Shown here: positions 46,783-58,703 of the stretch, in pieces | How the letters are laid out: the number at the start of each line of letters is the position of its first letter | Position numbering within the stretch: the stretch's first letter is position 1 | Source: Rebecca billardiae RCC1528 | Lineage: Eukaryota > Protista > Haptophyta | NCBI GenBank assembly: GCA_965240325.2 | Contig: OZ251241.1 | Location: 1,178,001-1,242,000 of the forward strand | Length of the DNA: 64,000 nt | Direction: 5' to 3' | Made by a program: the position numbers and the translations under genes | The notes under the pieces: generated by a model | The model's input: only the letters and a program-made list of their open reading frames with translations | Database searches by the model: none | What the model was told of the DNA's origin: nothing

Positions 46783-47480
46783 TCTAGATGAGGACTCCCG
46801 CCGCGGACCGTTTACGAGCTATATGTCGGATTCGCACTCATCATCATTCAGCAGTCCGTGACAAGTGCGTGGCAGCGTGGCATCGCGGCAACTACTTATC
46901 TGACAACCCTGACAAGTATATCAGTGCCGGACGACAGATCTGCCGCGGTATATGCGATCGGCAGCCGATCACGTCAGCGCGGCCGGGCACGAGTACAGCC
47001 AGTAAGCTATATATACGTTGCTACAGTATATATATATAATATTAATATGGCCGCCGGCGGGCGGTCGCCTGCTGCCCCGCCGCCCGCCCGGCGCCCAGCG
47101 CATCTCGGCCCACAGTGGTATGTCACAGGATGGCTGGCTGGTCTCGACCGTGTTTCAGAGGCTTCACGGGCTGGTCTGACTGCGCGACTCACACCGTCGA
47201 CAGGCCTGACGGACCTCCCGGGCTGAGCTGCGGACCATTCGCGTCGCCGCGGCGACACATTCTGCGGTCGTCATTCCCAGCAATAAGGGAAAACGGGCCC
47301 GACGTGAAGTCCCAAGGTTAAGGTAGCAGCGGCGACACGGCCAGCTCAGGCGGCAGCCGAGGGCCGGTCGCTCCACCCGTTCGGGAGGCAAAGCGCACCG
47401 TCCATGCTGCGGGCCGCTGAGCAGGTCACTTGGAGCGGTCCGCGAGACGAGCGATGGCCGTGAGGTGACCAGGCGACGCG

Positions 47481-47960
47481 CTATGTCTGCCGGCACCGGG
47501 GAAGCGCTATTCTGATGGGAGGGATCAGCGGCGGGTTGATGGTCACCGCGGCGATGTCATTGGTGTGCTCATACTCTGCCGAGTCCAGGGACACGCCCAT
47601 TCGCCTGAGCATCTGCTTCGTGCTTTGGCTGAGCTCGAAGCAGAGAGCGCCGGATGGGTCGAGCCGGTAGAGGATGGGCTCGTCCAGATTGATTGCGCCG
47701 TCGAGTCGAATCCGCGCCATGCTTGCCGTGCAGATCTCGAGCCTGAGCTTCTGGAGGCCGATGACTGGCAGCCGGAGCTCGCGAGCGTAGTGGGCACCGA
47801 CAGGTGGCGGTAGATTTCCGTCCACCAGCCCGCGGAGTGCGAAGGCCGAGCAACGGCACGCCACCAGAGACCACGCGAACGCGCTCAGCACCACCCGCTG
47901 AAGTGCGCTGCCCGCTCTTGTGCGGCGCCGCGCCGGTGGCATCCCTCCGCCCCGCGCCAT
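47481..47960 (-). CDS. Hypothetical protein with a hydrophobic/signal-like segment
   Basis: Normal-complexity ORF (VVLSAFAWSLVACRCSAF then LPVIGLQKLRLEI..). No family recognised; start uncertain. Confidence 0.55.
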   Translation of the reverse strand: MARGGGMPPARRRTRAGSALQRVVLSAFAWSLVACRCSAFALRGLVDGNLPPPVGAHYARELRLPVIGLQKLRLEICTASMARIRLDGAINLDEPILYRLDPSGALCFELSQSTKQMLRRMGVSLDSAEYEHTNDIAAVTINPPLIPPIRIALPRCRQT

Positions 47961-48313
47961 GCACACAAGCCGCACCAGACGACGCGCAAGTTGGTCGACC
48001 AAGATTCAGCTTCGTCAGCAGAGGCTGGTACAATACTGTACCGCACTGGTGTGCCCGCGCATCCGGTTGGCAATGACAAGCCCGAACCGTCGGCAGATCT
48101 AAACGGCAAGACGCGCGGGCTGCGGGCCGTGGGGTTTAATGACGCCCGGCGCCCGGCGGGGCGGCGGTGGCTCCGCGGTCGTGCCGCCGCCATTGGCGCC
48201 AATCTCAACGTCCATCGTCAACGCACCGATGCCGCGTCGACGATCCCGAATCATGCGAGTGGTCCTTGAGCAGTGATGCTGCCTCGCAACTTGTACGTCA
48301 CTCAGCGGCGCCT

Positions 48314-50272
48314 TCAGTCGCGGCTCCCGCCGGCGCCCGCGCGGGGCGCACATGCGAGCTTGTGCCCCGCCTTCCAATCGGCGCGTTGGCACTCCTGGGA
48401 GCAGTACACGACCGCGCTGCAGCGCTGGCACTTCTTGAGCTCGGGCCCACCCTTGTGGCAGCGCGCGCACATCTTGGGCAGGCTGGCCTCGGCGTGCTGC
48501 TTGCGGTCAGCGAGCGCAGCCTGGATCGCAGCCATGATGTCGGTGGCATTCCCGCCCTGGGGCGCCCGTGGCGGCCTCGTCGTCTCGTCCGCAGACGCGC
48601 GCGCCGCCAGCCGACGGTGCCACTCCTGGTACGGGCCCTCGCCGGCAGCGCGCAGCGCGTCAATCATCTCCTCGCCACCGAGGCCCCACCAGTACAGCCT
48701 GGTCGCCCACACGTAATTCTGCGCGACGCCCTCGTCGCCAAAGGTGTGCATGCCGCGCATACAGGTCACGATCTGCGGCCCGCTGCCGACATTCTCCACC
48801 GGCTTGTCGCGCACGAGCAGCGGGTAGACGTGCGGGTTCGCCTCGATCGCCGCCGCGACCGCCTGGCGCGAGCGCTTGGCGCGCAGCCCGCTGACGCGCA
48901 TGTTGAGCAGCGCGTTGTCCCACGCCCACTTGCCACCGTCGAAGCCCACGTTGTCTGCGCGCGCGTACCGGTGCAGCAGCGTGAGCGCCTCCTGCCACCG
49001 GCCGGACTCGAGCAGCAGGTCCATGCGGAACAGGCGCACGTTCTCCGAGTCTTGGAAGTCCTCGTCGAGGAGCGCGAGCGAGAGCTCGAGCGCGCGCGCC
49101 ACCGGACCCTCCTGCTCGAGCTCCCAGAGGGCGTTGGCCAGCGCGAAGCTGTGCGCACGCCACACGCCGCGATCCTTCGCGCCGGCCGCCTCGGCCGGCG
49201 GCTGGCCCGGCGGCGGCGTGGGCGAGAGCGAGAGCGGCGCGGCGCTCAGGTTGCCCGCGCGAAGCTTGAAGTGCTGCCCGCCCGGCGGGCCGTCAGCCGT
49301 CGTCTGCGGAGCCGCGCTCGGCTCGGCGGCGTCGAGCCGCACCTCGTAGCGCTCCGAGGCGGCGTCGAAGCCGAGCACGCGGCCGGTCCGGCCGTTCAGC
49401 TCCGGGCGGGCGACCAGGCCGGCAATCAGCACGCGCCGGCAGGTGAGCGCGGGCAGCTTGGCGAGCATCGCCTGGTGATAGGCCACCTTCTCGCCCACCG
49501 TGACGACCGAGGGCGGCGGCTGTACCCGGCAGCACGCCGACGGCTCCGAGGCCCACGGCCGGTCCTTCGAGCTGAAGTCCGTGGGGCCGGGCGGGAACTC
49601 CGGCTTGAAGAGCACTGCGCGCGTGTCACGCCCACGGCAGCCGTACCCTGACTCGATCGTCTCGTCCTCGCCGCCGCGCGGCTCGAACGTGTACGCAGTC
49701 GGGTACGGCGGCGGCGGCACCGGGCGCGACATCACCTTGCGCTCGAAGAAGGACACGGAGAGCGCCATCGCGGCCTCGAGCAGGCGCAGGTCTTCGAGTT
49801 TGAGGGCGCGCGAGTGCTCGTTCGAGTCGAGCGGGAAGGGGAAGACGCGACCCTGCGGGTCGCGCGCGGTGGAGAGACGACCGCCCACACGGCGCATCAG
49901 CGCGACGTCAAAGGTCTCGGCCACGTACTCGAAATGCGTCGCCCAGAAGTGCAGCTCGAGCGTGCCGGGGGTGGGCTTCCACCCCGCGGGGCTCCGGTGC
50001 GAGGCAGTCATGCGCTCGTCGATGAAGCCGCGCATGTTCGGGTGCACCTTGAGCCCAAAGTGCTGGCCGCCCGCGCCGTGGATCTGCACGATAGCATCTT
50101 GCCCGCGCGCCGCAAGCTCGCCCGTCGCGCCCATGCGGAAGCAGTGAAACTCGCGGCCCGAGTGGTCCCACGGCGCGGCGTCTCGCAGCGCGGCCGCGTG
50201 CTCGTAGAAGCTCCGCGCGAACGCGGGGTACTTGTCGAGGCCGCGGATCCCAGAGAGGCCAGGCGGTGCCAT
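48314..50272 (-). CDS. MYND zinc-finger protein with SH3-like and TPR/ST7-like helical regions
   Basis: C-terminal CARC..LKKCQRCSAVVYCSQECQRADWKAGHKLAC (MYND); VLIAGLVARPELNGRTGRV..RYEVRL..LRAGNL motif; helical D..NVR..LL..ANPHV region. Confidence 0.88.
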   Translation of the reverse strand: MAPPGLSGIRGLDKYPAFARSFYEHAAALRDAAPWDHSGREFHCFRMGATGELAARGQDAIVQIHGAGGQHFGLKVHPNMRGFIDERMTASHRSPAGWKPTPGTLELHFWATHFEYVAETFDVALMRRVGGRLSTARDPQGRVFPFPLDSNEHSRALKLEDLRLLEAAMALSVSFFERKVMSRPVPPPPYPTAYTFEPRGGEDETIESGYGCRGRDTRAVLFKPEFPPGPTDFSSKDRPWASEPSACCRVQPPPSVVTVGEKVAYHQAMLAKLPALTCRRVLIAGLVARPELNGRTGRVLGFDAASERYEVRLDAAEPSAAPQTTADGPPGGQHFKLRAGNLSAAPLSLSPTPPPGQPPAEAAGAKDRGVWRAHSFALANALWELEQEGPVARALELSLALLDEDFQDSENVRLFRMDLLLESGRWQEALTLLHRYARADNVGFDGGKWAWDNALLNMRVSGLRAKRSRQAVAAAIEANPHVYPLLVRDKPVENVGSGPQIVTCMRGMHTFGDEGVAQNYVWATRLYWWGLGGEEMIDALRAAGEGPYQEWHRRLAARASADETTRPPRAPQGGNATDIMAAIQAALADRKQHAEASLPKMCARCHKGGPELKKCQRCSAVVYCSQECQRADWKAGHKLACAPRAGAGGSRD

Positions 50273-51609
50273 GAGTTCGTGAGCTCGTCGGTCGTGCGAG
50301 GGCGGCGTTCGTCGTCGCGCGGCGGTCCGAATGCCTCGCTTGACTCCTCGAATGCTCGAAAGGCGAACTGATACTGCATGGGTAATTGACGATGGATTTC
50401 GTCATCGTCTCCGCGCTCTACTGTTAATTGATTACGCCTGTCCATTATACCCCATACGTAGTTATTTTTGCTGTAATGCCTTATTATGGGCGGGCCGCCG
50501 GGGTAATTGATGTTCCGACGGCGACGAGACGACTTCGCAGGGGCAAGGGCGTTCCCGGGATCCTGCCACACGCTCCCGAAAAGCAAAGCCCCCCCTGGGG
50601 GGGCTTTGCCTTTTTCCGTATTCAATGTACCCGCTTCAAATGGACGAAGCCCGTTCCAATAGGAAGACGGTTCAATTTGGCGTATGACCGATGCGGGGAA
50701 CGCCCCTGGTCCGCTGGACCGACTAATCACTCATCAGCAGCCTGATAGTCTGATATTCGGATCACTGCTCATCAGTCGAGGGCGCCAGGCCCAGGACTGG
50801 CCAGGAGAGCCAGTGAACGTGTTCCGCGGCGTTGGCGTGTCGTAAGCGGCGGTCGTAGTAGTGTGTCCGACACACCGTTTACATACCGTTACTGCTGATC
50901 GGAAGCCTGTAGTCTCAAGTCAGTGCACTGCCTGCAATGCCATATCTGCGGGACTGTAGACCGAGACGGTCAGAGACAGACTAAGAGTGCCGGACACTAG
51001 CTCCGACGGTCAGTCCGGACAGCCGCGGCGCGCCGCGCGGTGCGGCCGAGCCCGAGGGCCGCCGACTACGGACTAGTTCATAATGCTTGAAACACGGTAT
51101 TATTATTATTATAATACTGCTTTGCTTCACTGGCGGCGCGGTTTGCCGTGGCGGCCCCGTCGGCGCGGGAGCCATCGATTGCGGGTCACCCGATCATCGG
51201 CATCATCATCACTTCGGACCGAACTAGTTCCGACGGGACGACCGGTTCGCCGCGGCATCGCCGATCGATCGTCGCGGTTCGGACCGGCCCGCTGGCCGCT
51301 GCCGCGACGGTGCGCCGGTGGAGCACTGAAATACATCGTCGGTATACTCGGATGACCGCCAGACTACTACACTTGATGCGGTGCTGCTGATTTAAAACTG
51401 TTTAATGACTACGACAGTAACAGCAATGCGCAGACGGCTTCGCCGTCCCGAGACGCCGGGACGCCGTCCCGGCGTCCCCGAGCCCGCTGGCAGCAGCTGC
51501 GGCCGAGCCCGAGGCGCGGCTCGCGTTTCAAGTGGCATGGCGTATGACCTCGTCGGCTCACGCACACCATGATGACGCCATGCGCGGCGAAGCTCGTGGG
51601 CGGCCGCGG

Positions 51610-52842
51610 TCATCGTCGCAAGCGTCGCTGCGCCGCCACGCGCCTGCGAGCCACGGCCCCGACGGGCGCGGCTCCCGCTCCGCGCGTGCCCGGCTGCGCG
51701 GGAGCCGCGCCGCCCGCTTGCGGCAGGTTGCGCCCGAGCACGCCGAGCCGCTTTCGGCACGTCGCCGCCTTCTCAGGCGGGATGCCGTGGCCGTTCTCGT
51801 GGAACGAGAAGCCGACGCTGAGCACGTCGAACAGGTATGACGAGAGCGGCCCCAGCCCCTTCGTGTCGCAGAACTTGTCGACACGGCCGGTGATCATCCA
51901 CGGGTTTTTGAACGGGTTGATGTGTGCGATCGGGCACTTGGGCTTGTCGAGCAGCGTGAGGTCGGGGGGCTGGTTGAAGGCCTTGAGGTAGAGCAGGCTC
52001 TCCTCCTTGTTCTTCCACATCTCCGGCCGGCACGCCTGCAGCTCGAACGGCATCTCGGCGAACGTGAGCTCGCCGTCCTTGCGCATGCGCGTGAGCAGCT
52101 TGAGCAGGTCGGGCTGGTCGAGCACCTTGCCCACGGCGTTTGTGTTGCGCCGCGCGGCGCACGAGTTGCCGACGCGCTCGAGCCAGCGCGCGGTGAGCGC
52201 GCGCACGGCGGCGTTGTTCTTCGCCGCTATGAACCCCGAGTTGTACCCGTTCTTCCGCCGCGTGGGCTCGGGCATGAACATCATGTCCGCGCCCGACGCG
52301 TCGTGCGCGTCGAAGACGCGCATCAGCCGCTCCGAGCACGGGAAGGCGTCCGCGTCCATGAAGACGGTGTGCTCGTACGGCGAGCGGCCGATGGTGAGGA
52401 TCTTCTGCAGGCGAAATGCGCACGAGTCGTTCACGCTGCGCGCCTGCAGCCCGAGCCCGCGCGCCGAGCCGTCGTGCCGCGAGAGCAGCGTCGTCGCGTC
52501 GACGACCATGTCGAACGGCGACGAGCCCAGCTTGACCGTGAGCGCGCTCAGCATGGCGATGCCCTCGGCGTTCGTGAACAGTGTGGCGCTCACGTTGACG
52601 TGGCGCCGAAGGAGCGTCGCCGACGCGAACGCCACGGGCACGTAGCACCCTTCGCCCACCATCACGATGCCGCGCCGCCCGAACGCGCGGTAGAGCGATT
52701 CGCCGTACCCGTCCGCGCGCGGCGCCGCGACGCCCGCGAGCGCGCGCTGGTAGCGCTGCCAGCCGACGAGCGTGACGACGCCGACGAGTATGCTCGCGAT
52801 CAGCAGCGCGGCGACGGACGTGCGCCGCGCACTGGTCAGCAT
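51610..52842 (-). CDS. Type II membrane GT-A fold glycosyltransferase (nucleotide-diphospho-sugar transferase-like)
   Basis: N-terminal TM helix VAALLIASILVGVVTLVGW; SPYEHTVFMDAD (DxD), YNSGFI, DQPDL. Confidence 0.8.
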   Translation of the reverse strand: MLTSARRTSVAALLIASILVGVVTLVGWQRYQRALAGVAAPRADGYGESLYRAFGRRGIVMVGEGCYVPVAFASATLLRRHVNVSATLFTNAEGIAMLSALTVKLGSSPFDMVVDATTLLSRHDGSARGLGLQARSVNDSCAFRLQKILTIGRSPYEHTVFMDADAFPCSERLMRVFDAHDASGADMMFMPEPTRRKNGYNSGFIAAKNNAAVRALTARWLERVGNSCAARRNTNAVGKVLDQPDLLKLLTRMRKDGELTFAEMPFELQACRPEMWKNKEESLLYLKAFNQPPDLTLLDKPKCPIAHINPFKNPWMITGRVDKFCDTKGLGPLSSYLFDVLSVGFSFHENGHGIPPEKAATCRKRLGVLGRNLPQAGGAAPAQPGTRGAGAAPVGAVARRRVAAQRRLRR

Positions 52843-53251
52843 CGCGTGCGAGGTGTCGTCGCCCCTGCGTGTCCCCGCCGCGAGCGCTGCAGTTCGCACG
52901 GCTGTTGACTGTCTTCAGCCGAGCCCAACGCACGATGGCTGCGTCGGCGACTCGGCGAAAAAAAAAATGGCGCGATTGTTTTCCCTGTGGGACGTCGTGC
53001 GCACGCGGTGTCCTGGCCGACGTTCCCACGGTCCCGGACGCCCTTCCACCTCGTTTCCACTTTTTGACGAGACTCAGGCCGACTGTCCTTGTCTCTAAGT
53101 AGTGATGAGAAGAATCGAGCAATTAAGATTCGGAGATTCCATCTCGTCATCGCGTCATTGGCCACAAGGCCCACGTGCCGTTGCCTGGACGCCGTTTGGC
53201 GTCAGCGCAGACGGGTCGAACGAAGTCGACTGCTCATCACCGCCGTCAACG

Positions 53252-54343
53252 ATGACCGCGTGCCTTCTCGCGCTCATGCTGCTCGGCTCTGCGCCGCGTA
53301 GGGTGCACATCGGGCGCACTGGACCCTCCGTGTCCCGCCCGCTCCGCTCGAGCGCGCTGGCGCCCCCTCTCAGCACATCGCTCGACGAGCACGTGGTGGC
53401 ACCTGAGCCCTTTCTCAGCGATGGCGACGGCATCGACGGCATCGACGGCATCGGCGGGCCCGGGGGCGGCGGCGCGGGTGGACGGGGCGGCGACGACGGC
53501 GACTTCAACCTCGACGGCGACGACGAGCAACTCCCGGCCGTGCAGCAGCTGCTGACCGAGTCGGGCTTCTCGGTTGACGACATCCCGCGCGACCTGCAGC
53601 TCGCCATCGCGAGCGGACGTCTCTCGCTGACGGAGCTGGGCAACTACGTGCAGGTGCTGGGCAACCCGGTGCTGCGCGCGATCGCGGGCGCGAGCGAGTT
53701 CATTCGCAACAGGCTCATCGCCTCGCCCAAGCTGTGCACGGTCATCGCGGTCGAGACGGTCGTCGGGCTCGCGACGATGATGGCGGCTGAGGTGAACTCA
53801 CGAGGCGATCGCTTCTGGAAGGAGATCGACTTCGTGGTGTGCGACCTCGCGCTGATCATCGCGACGAACATGGCGCTCGTCGTCAGCCTCTCGCCCAGCG
53901 CCGCCGTCGCCGCGCCGGCGCAGGCGGGCGTGGGCCGCGTGCTCGCCTCGTTCCCGTCGACCTGCCTGCAGCCGGGCGCGTTCACGCCGCTGCAGCGGCT
54001 CGGCTGCTTCGTGAGCAACGCGCTGATGTTCGGCTCGATCGGGATGGCGTCGAGCGTCGTCGGCGCGAGCGCGACGAAGGGCCTGGTCCACGCGCGCGAG
54101 CGCCTCACCGGCGAGCGCCCCGACGTCGAGCTCGCGCCCGTGCTGCGCACGTCATCCGCTTACGGTGCGTTTGTCTCGACCTCGTCGTCCACGCGCTACC
54201 AGCTCGTCAACGCGCTCGAGGCGTCGGTGTTCCCGCTGCTGCGGCTGCCGCACGGGATGCTCACGCTTGCGGTGCGCACGGGAAATAACTTCCTCGGCGG
54301 CGTGCACTGGATCTCGTGGGCGCGCTGGATGGGTGTGCAGTGA
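53252..54343 (+). CDS. RETICULATA-related (DUF3411) plastid envelope protein
   Basis: Signal peptide; Gly-rich GGGGAGGRGGDDG; RNRLIASP..K..VE, AE..RGDRFWKEIDFV, FTPLQRLGC, SSSTRYQLVN, RTGNNFLGG..WARWMGVQ. Confidence 0.9.
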   Translation: MTACLLALMLLGSAPRRVHIGRTGPSVSRPLRSSALAPPLSTSLDEHVVAPEPFLSDGDGIDGIDGIGGPGGGGAGGRGGDDGDFNLDGDDEQLPAVQQLLTESGFSVDDIPRDLQLAIASGRLSLTELGNYVQVLGNPVLRAIAGASEFIRNRLIASPKLCTVIAVETVVGLATMMAAEVNSRGDRFWKEIDFVVCDLALIIATNMALVVSLSPSAAVAAPAQAGVGRVLASFPSTCLQPGAFTPLQRLGCFVSNALMFGSIGMASSVVGASATKGLVHARERLTGERPDVELAPVLRTSSAYGAFVSTSSSTRYQLVNALEASVFPLLRLPHGMLTLAVRTGNNFLGGVHWISWARWMGVQ

Positions 54344-54509
54344 ACGATGCGGCGCGTCAGTCGGCCGCGCCTCTGCCATCCGGACATTGGCAGTCAGCCA
54401 TTGCGCGGCGGGCACCGGGGCACGCTGAGTGACTGTGGGTGTGACGCCGACGATCCACGCCGCCTAGTGAGGGCCGTGCCTGGGCCTTATGCACGCGTGC
54501 CATGTGATT

Positions 54510-54614
<105 letters not shown>

Positions 54615-57057
54615 AGCATCTGCTCTCAGACACTCAGTCCCCCTGGCCGACGCCAACATGCTCACTCGCCTTTGATTTCGTACCCATGCACTTCCTGGTG
54701 GGCCTGACGACGTCCGGACGACGACAACAACGACATCCGCCATGGGGACCAACATCAACGCGCTCACACCACTGCAACTGCTAGGGGGTCCAAGCGAGCA
54801 GCCCACTGATTTGTGATATTTGACAACCATGCCATGTAGGCGTCTGCTGAGCGTGGCGCTTGCGGAGTCACCCTCAAATATGTCCCACAGCCCAGCCCAG
54901 CCGTCAGAAGCACTAAAAACCGACTCCGCGTGTCGTCGCGCGGTCGTGCGCGCGCGCAGCGGCGCCCGCTGTGTCACATAGAGATTCAGCCGAATGTTAC
55001 CTACTTGTCATTGCAGCTAGATGACGATACGCGGTCGGACTTACCTATTGACAAGCGCTGCCCCCTATCCGAAGGATTTTATGGTGAAAATACCGAAAAA
55101 GTGGGGCACAATGCTGTGCGCGTAGACGTCCATGAAAAACTACTCCAAGATCGAGCACATTACCCATTTAATTATAGGAATTTACCGGCGTATAAGAGCA
55201 TGTTTACCCACTGTATATCAAATGTGGTTATACTTTTATAATATGTATTCAAGTACGTGCCTATACATGGGTACCTTGCTCACTATTTGCTGGGTCATCC
55301 GAATACGGAATACGGCGGCGCCGAGACGGCTCATGCTGCCACTGGACTCACATCAGTGAGCGCCGGCCCGCGAACGCGGGCCTGATGCCGGTGGCGGGCT
55401 GCACGTGCTGCGGCACACGGCCAACTCCGCCACTGAACATGCCACCATCCCCGTATGAGAGGCCTCTCCGCCGTCGAGGCTGGCGTGCGCAGACTAGCTC
55501 GCCATGTGTGGCGGCTTCCTTGCCGGTCTCAGGTGTCACCGGCACCGCCGTTCGTCGTACACCAGCCCACGCGAGGCCGCCACCGGTCCACCTCTGCTGC
55601 GGCTACAGCGCTTGCAGTCGAGGGTGCTCCAGGTTACCTCTGACTCGGCGAGCTGCTCGGTGGCGAGCGTTGAGCTCTCTGCCTCCGCTGCCGCGCCCAG
55701 CGCGCACGCCTGCCCCGAGCACCATGCAGTCTGCACGCTGCTCCAAGACGGCCGCCAACAGTGGCGGCGGCACTCCCGAGACGAAGACACGGTGTACAGA
55801 TGTGGCAGCGGCCATAGCGGAGCTTGGCGGCGCGCGTCTGCTCCGCAGCAAGCTTGACGTTCGTGACAAGGTGCACGCTCTTCGCCTCAGGGCAGCTCGG
55901 CTGCTGCATGCAGCCAAGCGGCACGCCAAGTGGCACAACAAACAAGCCGACGCGTGCCGGCTGGAGCTTCTGGCGGTACTACTGTGGGCTGGAAGACAGG
56001 CCCCGCACGTACACAGGGTCGCCGAGCTTGCTTACCACCCACGACTGCCGCGCGCTCCCGTTTGCGCACGAGCGGCCAGCGATCGCGCGAGTGCATGCGC
56101 AGCGCGTGGGGAGGTGAGCACTGCACGCACCGGGCCAAGCGCCGGGGGCTGACTCATTCTTCTCATGAACTGATGGAACCAGTAGGGAACCAGGGCGCAG
56201 CGTGCACGGTTCACCTGGAACCGGGGCTGCGTTGTCCGCGCTCATCCGGATGAGAGTTCGAACGGCGCGCAGAGCGGGGCTGTGAGGTTCAAGATGTCCG
56301 GTGAGAGCGAGCTGCCAGCGATCATTTGGCCGAACGCTGCCATGGTGGCCACCCTGACTCGCCCGCCCGCGCGCCTCTGACGCCAGAGCGCGCTCCGCCG
56401 CGCCGACGCGACGATGAAGTCCACCGCCCAGGCGTGCTGCTCGCCCGATCTCGGGCTCGACCGTGCTCTGAACGGCCACGGCCCGTGCTGCCGCAATTCG
56501 AGGCCAAAATGTTCGGAAATGCTCAGCGCGAAATCGGTCAGTCGATTTTCGATTTTAAATTCCGCGGCTTGGACCCCCTACTGAGTGAACTGCTGCAAGC
56601 TTCGACCAGTACCACTACAGACGAATCAGGAGAGCTGCGCCCTCGTGCCTGTGTCTTTAAATCATAGAATTAGTCTCAGGCGTCTCAGTGAGCCCTGGTC
56701 CAAACGCTGCCGGCGCCCAAAATCCGAATAAAATATAAAGGCTTTTTCAGTGGCGAAAATCGGGATGGACCAGGCTAGACTCACTCACTCTCACACTCTC
56801 ACTCTCAGCCAGTCAGACTGTGACGACGGATCAGTGATTATGACGACAGTGTCAGAGTGCAATGCTCGTCGTCCATCGCTGACTGATGATCTGCGCTCGG
56901 TCCAATCACTGACGATGTCGATGAGTGATGATCCGGTCATCATTCATCAGTCTCACTCTCAGACCCACGTCACCCACGGCCACTCGCCGACGCGCACCGC
57001 GCCTCGGTTCGGGTTTGTTTGTGTGTTGTGCAGTTGTAAACAGCTTGTCTGCTGACA

Positions 57058-57756
57058 TCACAGGACTTTGTCGCGGAAATCTGTGACGAGGCCACCTCCC
57101 CAGCCCGTCATGTCCCACGCGGAGCCGCTGGTGCCCCCCGCGGTGACCGCGCCCTCACCGAGCATGAGGAGCGCGACGACCGCCTTCCAATCGAGCGGCC
57201 GCGCGACGAGCGCGATGAGGGCGGCGAGGAACAGGCGCGCGCCCGCCCAGAGCAGCGGGCTGTCAGCGAGCGCGCCGGCGGGTGCGGCTGTGCGCGAGGT
57301 GCGGTACAGGCAGTACAGCCCGGCCAGCGCGCCCTTGAGCGTCGCGCGCTTTGCACGGAACCAGAGCACATGCAGCTTCCCAAGCTGCTCTGCTGAGTAG
57401 GCGGGCGGCGATGTGCCGCGCGCGCTGCGCACGGTGGGCTGCAGGAGGTCGGAGCCGCCGCGCAGCCTGAGCACGTTGCGCGCGGGGAAGAGGCCCGGTG
57501 GCTCTGCCTGCGCCCGCCGCGTGCTCGCGTGTGCGCACAGGGCGCCCTCGAGCGAAGCACCCAGCAGCACGAGAGCAAGCAGCCTCGAGCACCTTGCGAG
57601 CGCGCCGTGCGGCTGGTGGTGGCGGGACGGGCCGCGGCGCGGGCGAGTGGGTCGTGGTGGGAAGGGCGGGGCGGGGATGCGCGCGCGTGCGTGAGGTTTC
57701 TGCGCCTGCACCACGTGGCGTGCCCTCCCTCGCGCCGGTGCGCATCTCAGAGCCAT
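57058..57756 (-). CDS. Hypothetical membrane protein with an LRLRGG motif (5' end/intron uncertain)
   Basis: Signal-like LLALVLLGASLEGALC, then LRLRGG and 2-3 hydrophobic helices. The first ~50 codons look intron-like. Confidence 0.5.
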   Translation of the reverse strand: MALRCAPARGRARHVVQAQKPHARARIPAPPFPPRPTRPRRGPSRHHQPHGALARCSRLLALVLLGASLEGALCAHASTRRAQAEPPGLFPARNVLRLRGGSDLLQPTVRSARGTSPPAYSAEQLGKLHVLWFRAKRATLKGALAGLYCLYRTSRTAAPAGALADSPLLWAGARLFLAALIALVARPLDWKAVVALLMLGEGAVTAGGTSGSAWDMTGWGGGLVTDFRDKVL

Positions 57757-58335
57757 GGAAGACTCTCAGCGGAGCGAGCTCTGGGCTGCCCCTCGATAAG
57801 TGTGTAACAAATTGGAGGTCATCACGGATGCGCGAGCGCGGTGGGCAGGGCGCGAGTGCACGGCGCGCATACCCGCCCTCGACTTGTCGCCATGTCCGGC
57901 TGCGCCCGACGAGCGCGCGCACCTACGCGCGGGGGATGCACGCACAGCATGGCGGCGCGTCGCGCGATTGTGTGGGCGACGTGAGATGAGGGCGGACGCG
58001 GCTAGGTGCGCTGCCGCCCGAACCAAACGAGGCCGGTCGTGTCGCACTAGCCATTAGCTGACACCACTGTGGTGCCACCTTGCCCAGCCGTGTGCATCGC
58101 GCGCGCACGCGCGAGCGGGGCGCTCGGTCGGCCCACTTACCGTCTTCGCACGTGGCCACCGCACAACCACGCGGCGGCACAGCTGGGACGAATTGACGAT
58201 CGTTGCGGATTTTCATTTTGCTCGCTTTTCTAGAGTGGGATGATTTTCTCCGGAATCCACCCCGCCTGCGCAGCAGCGCCGCTTCTTCACGCCCGGCTTG
58301 TTCAGGCTCAGCCCGGGGCGGCCGCGTCGAGCGAG

Positions 58336-58644
58336 ATGAACATGCTCGCGAAGTTCCTCGTCCTCTTTGCGTCGCTTCTGGCGCCAGCCGCGGCCTTCTC
58401 TCCCGTGCGCTCGCCTGTGTGCCTGTCCCGCGTGAGCACACCTCGCGCCAACACGCACGCGGTGATTTACTGATCCATCAAGACAGCCTTTGACGCGGCT
58501 CGGTACGCGCTGGGCGACATCGACAAGATGCAGGGCACGGGCGTCTGGAGTGGCTTCAAGCTCGAGCGCGAGCGCGAGGACGGCGCAAAGGCCGAGGGCG
58601 CGCGGCCGGCCGAGGAGAACAAGAAGGGCTCCAAGCGCAACTAG
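58336..58644 (+). CDS. Small plastid-targeted protein with in-frame TGA at 58471-58473 (candidate selenoprotein, or pseudogene)
   Basis: Signal peptide plus AF motif (MNMLAKFLVLFASLLAPAAAFSP). The frame continues 56 sense codons after TGA (SIKTAFDAARYALGDIDKMQGTGVWSGFKLER..) with GC3-rich codons to TAG at 58642-58644. Confidence 0.6.
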
Positions 58645-58703
58645 GCTGCACCGCAGTGCAGCATATGCAGAGCATTGCCGTGGGCCAGCGGTCAAACAGC
58701 AAT

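Noticed and set aside
50579-50615. Hairpin plus T-tract resembling a Rho-independent terminator
   Set aside because: Eukaryotic nuclear context and not downstream of a gene.
54930-56670. Mid-size ORFs (55385..56152 and others) after the TA run
   Set aside because: No motifs or consistent coding signal; likely degenerate repeat DNA.
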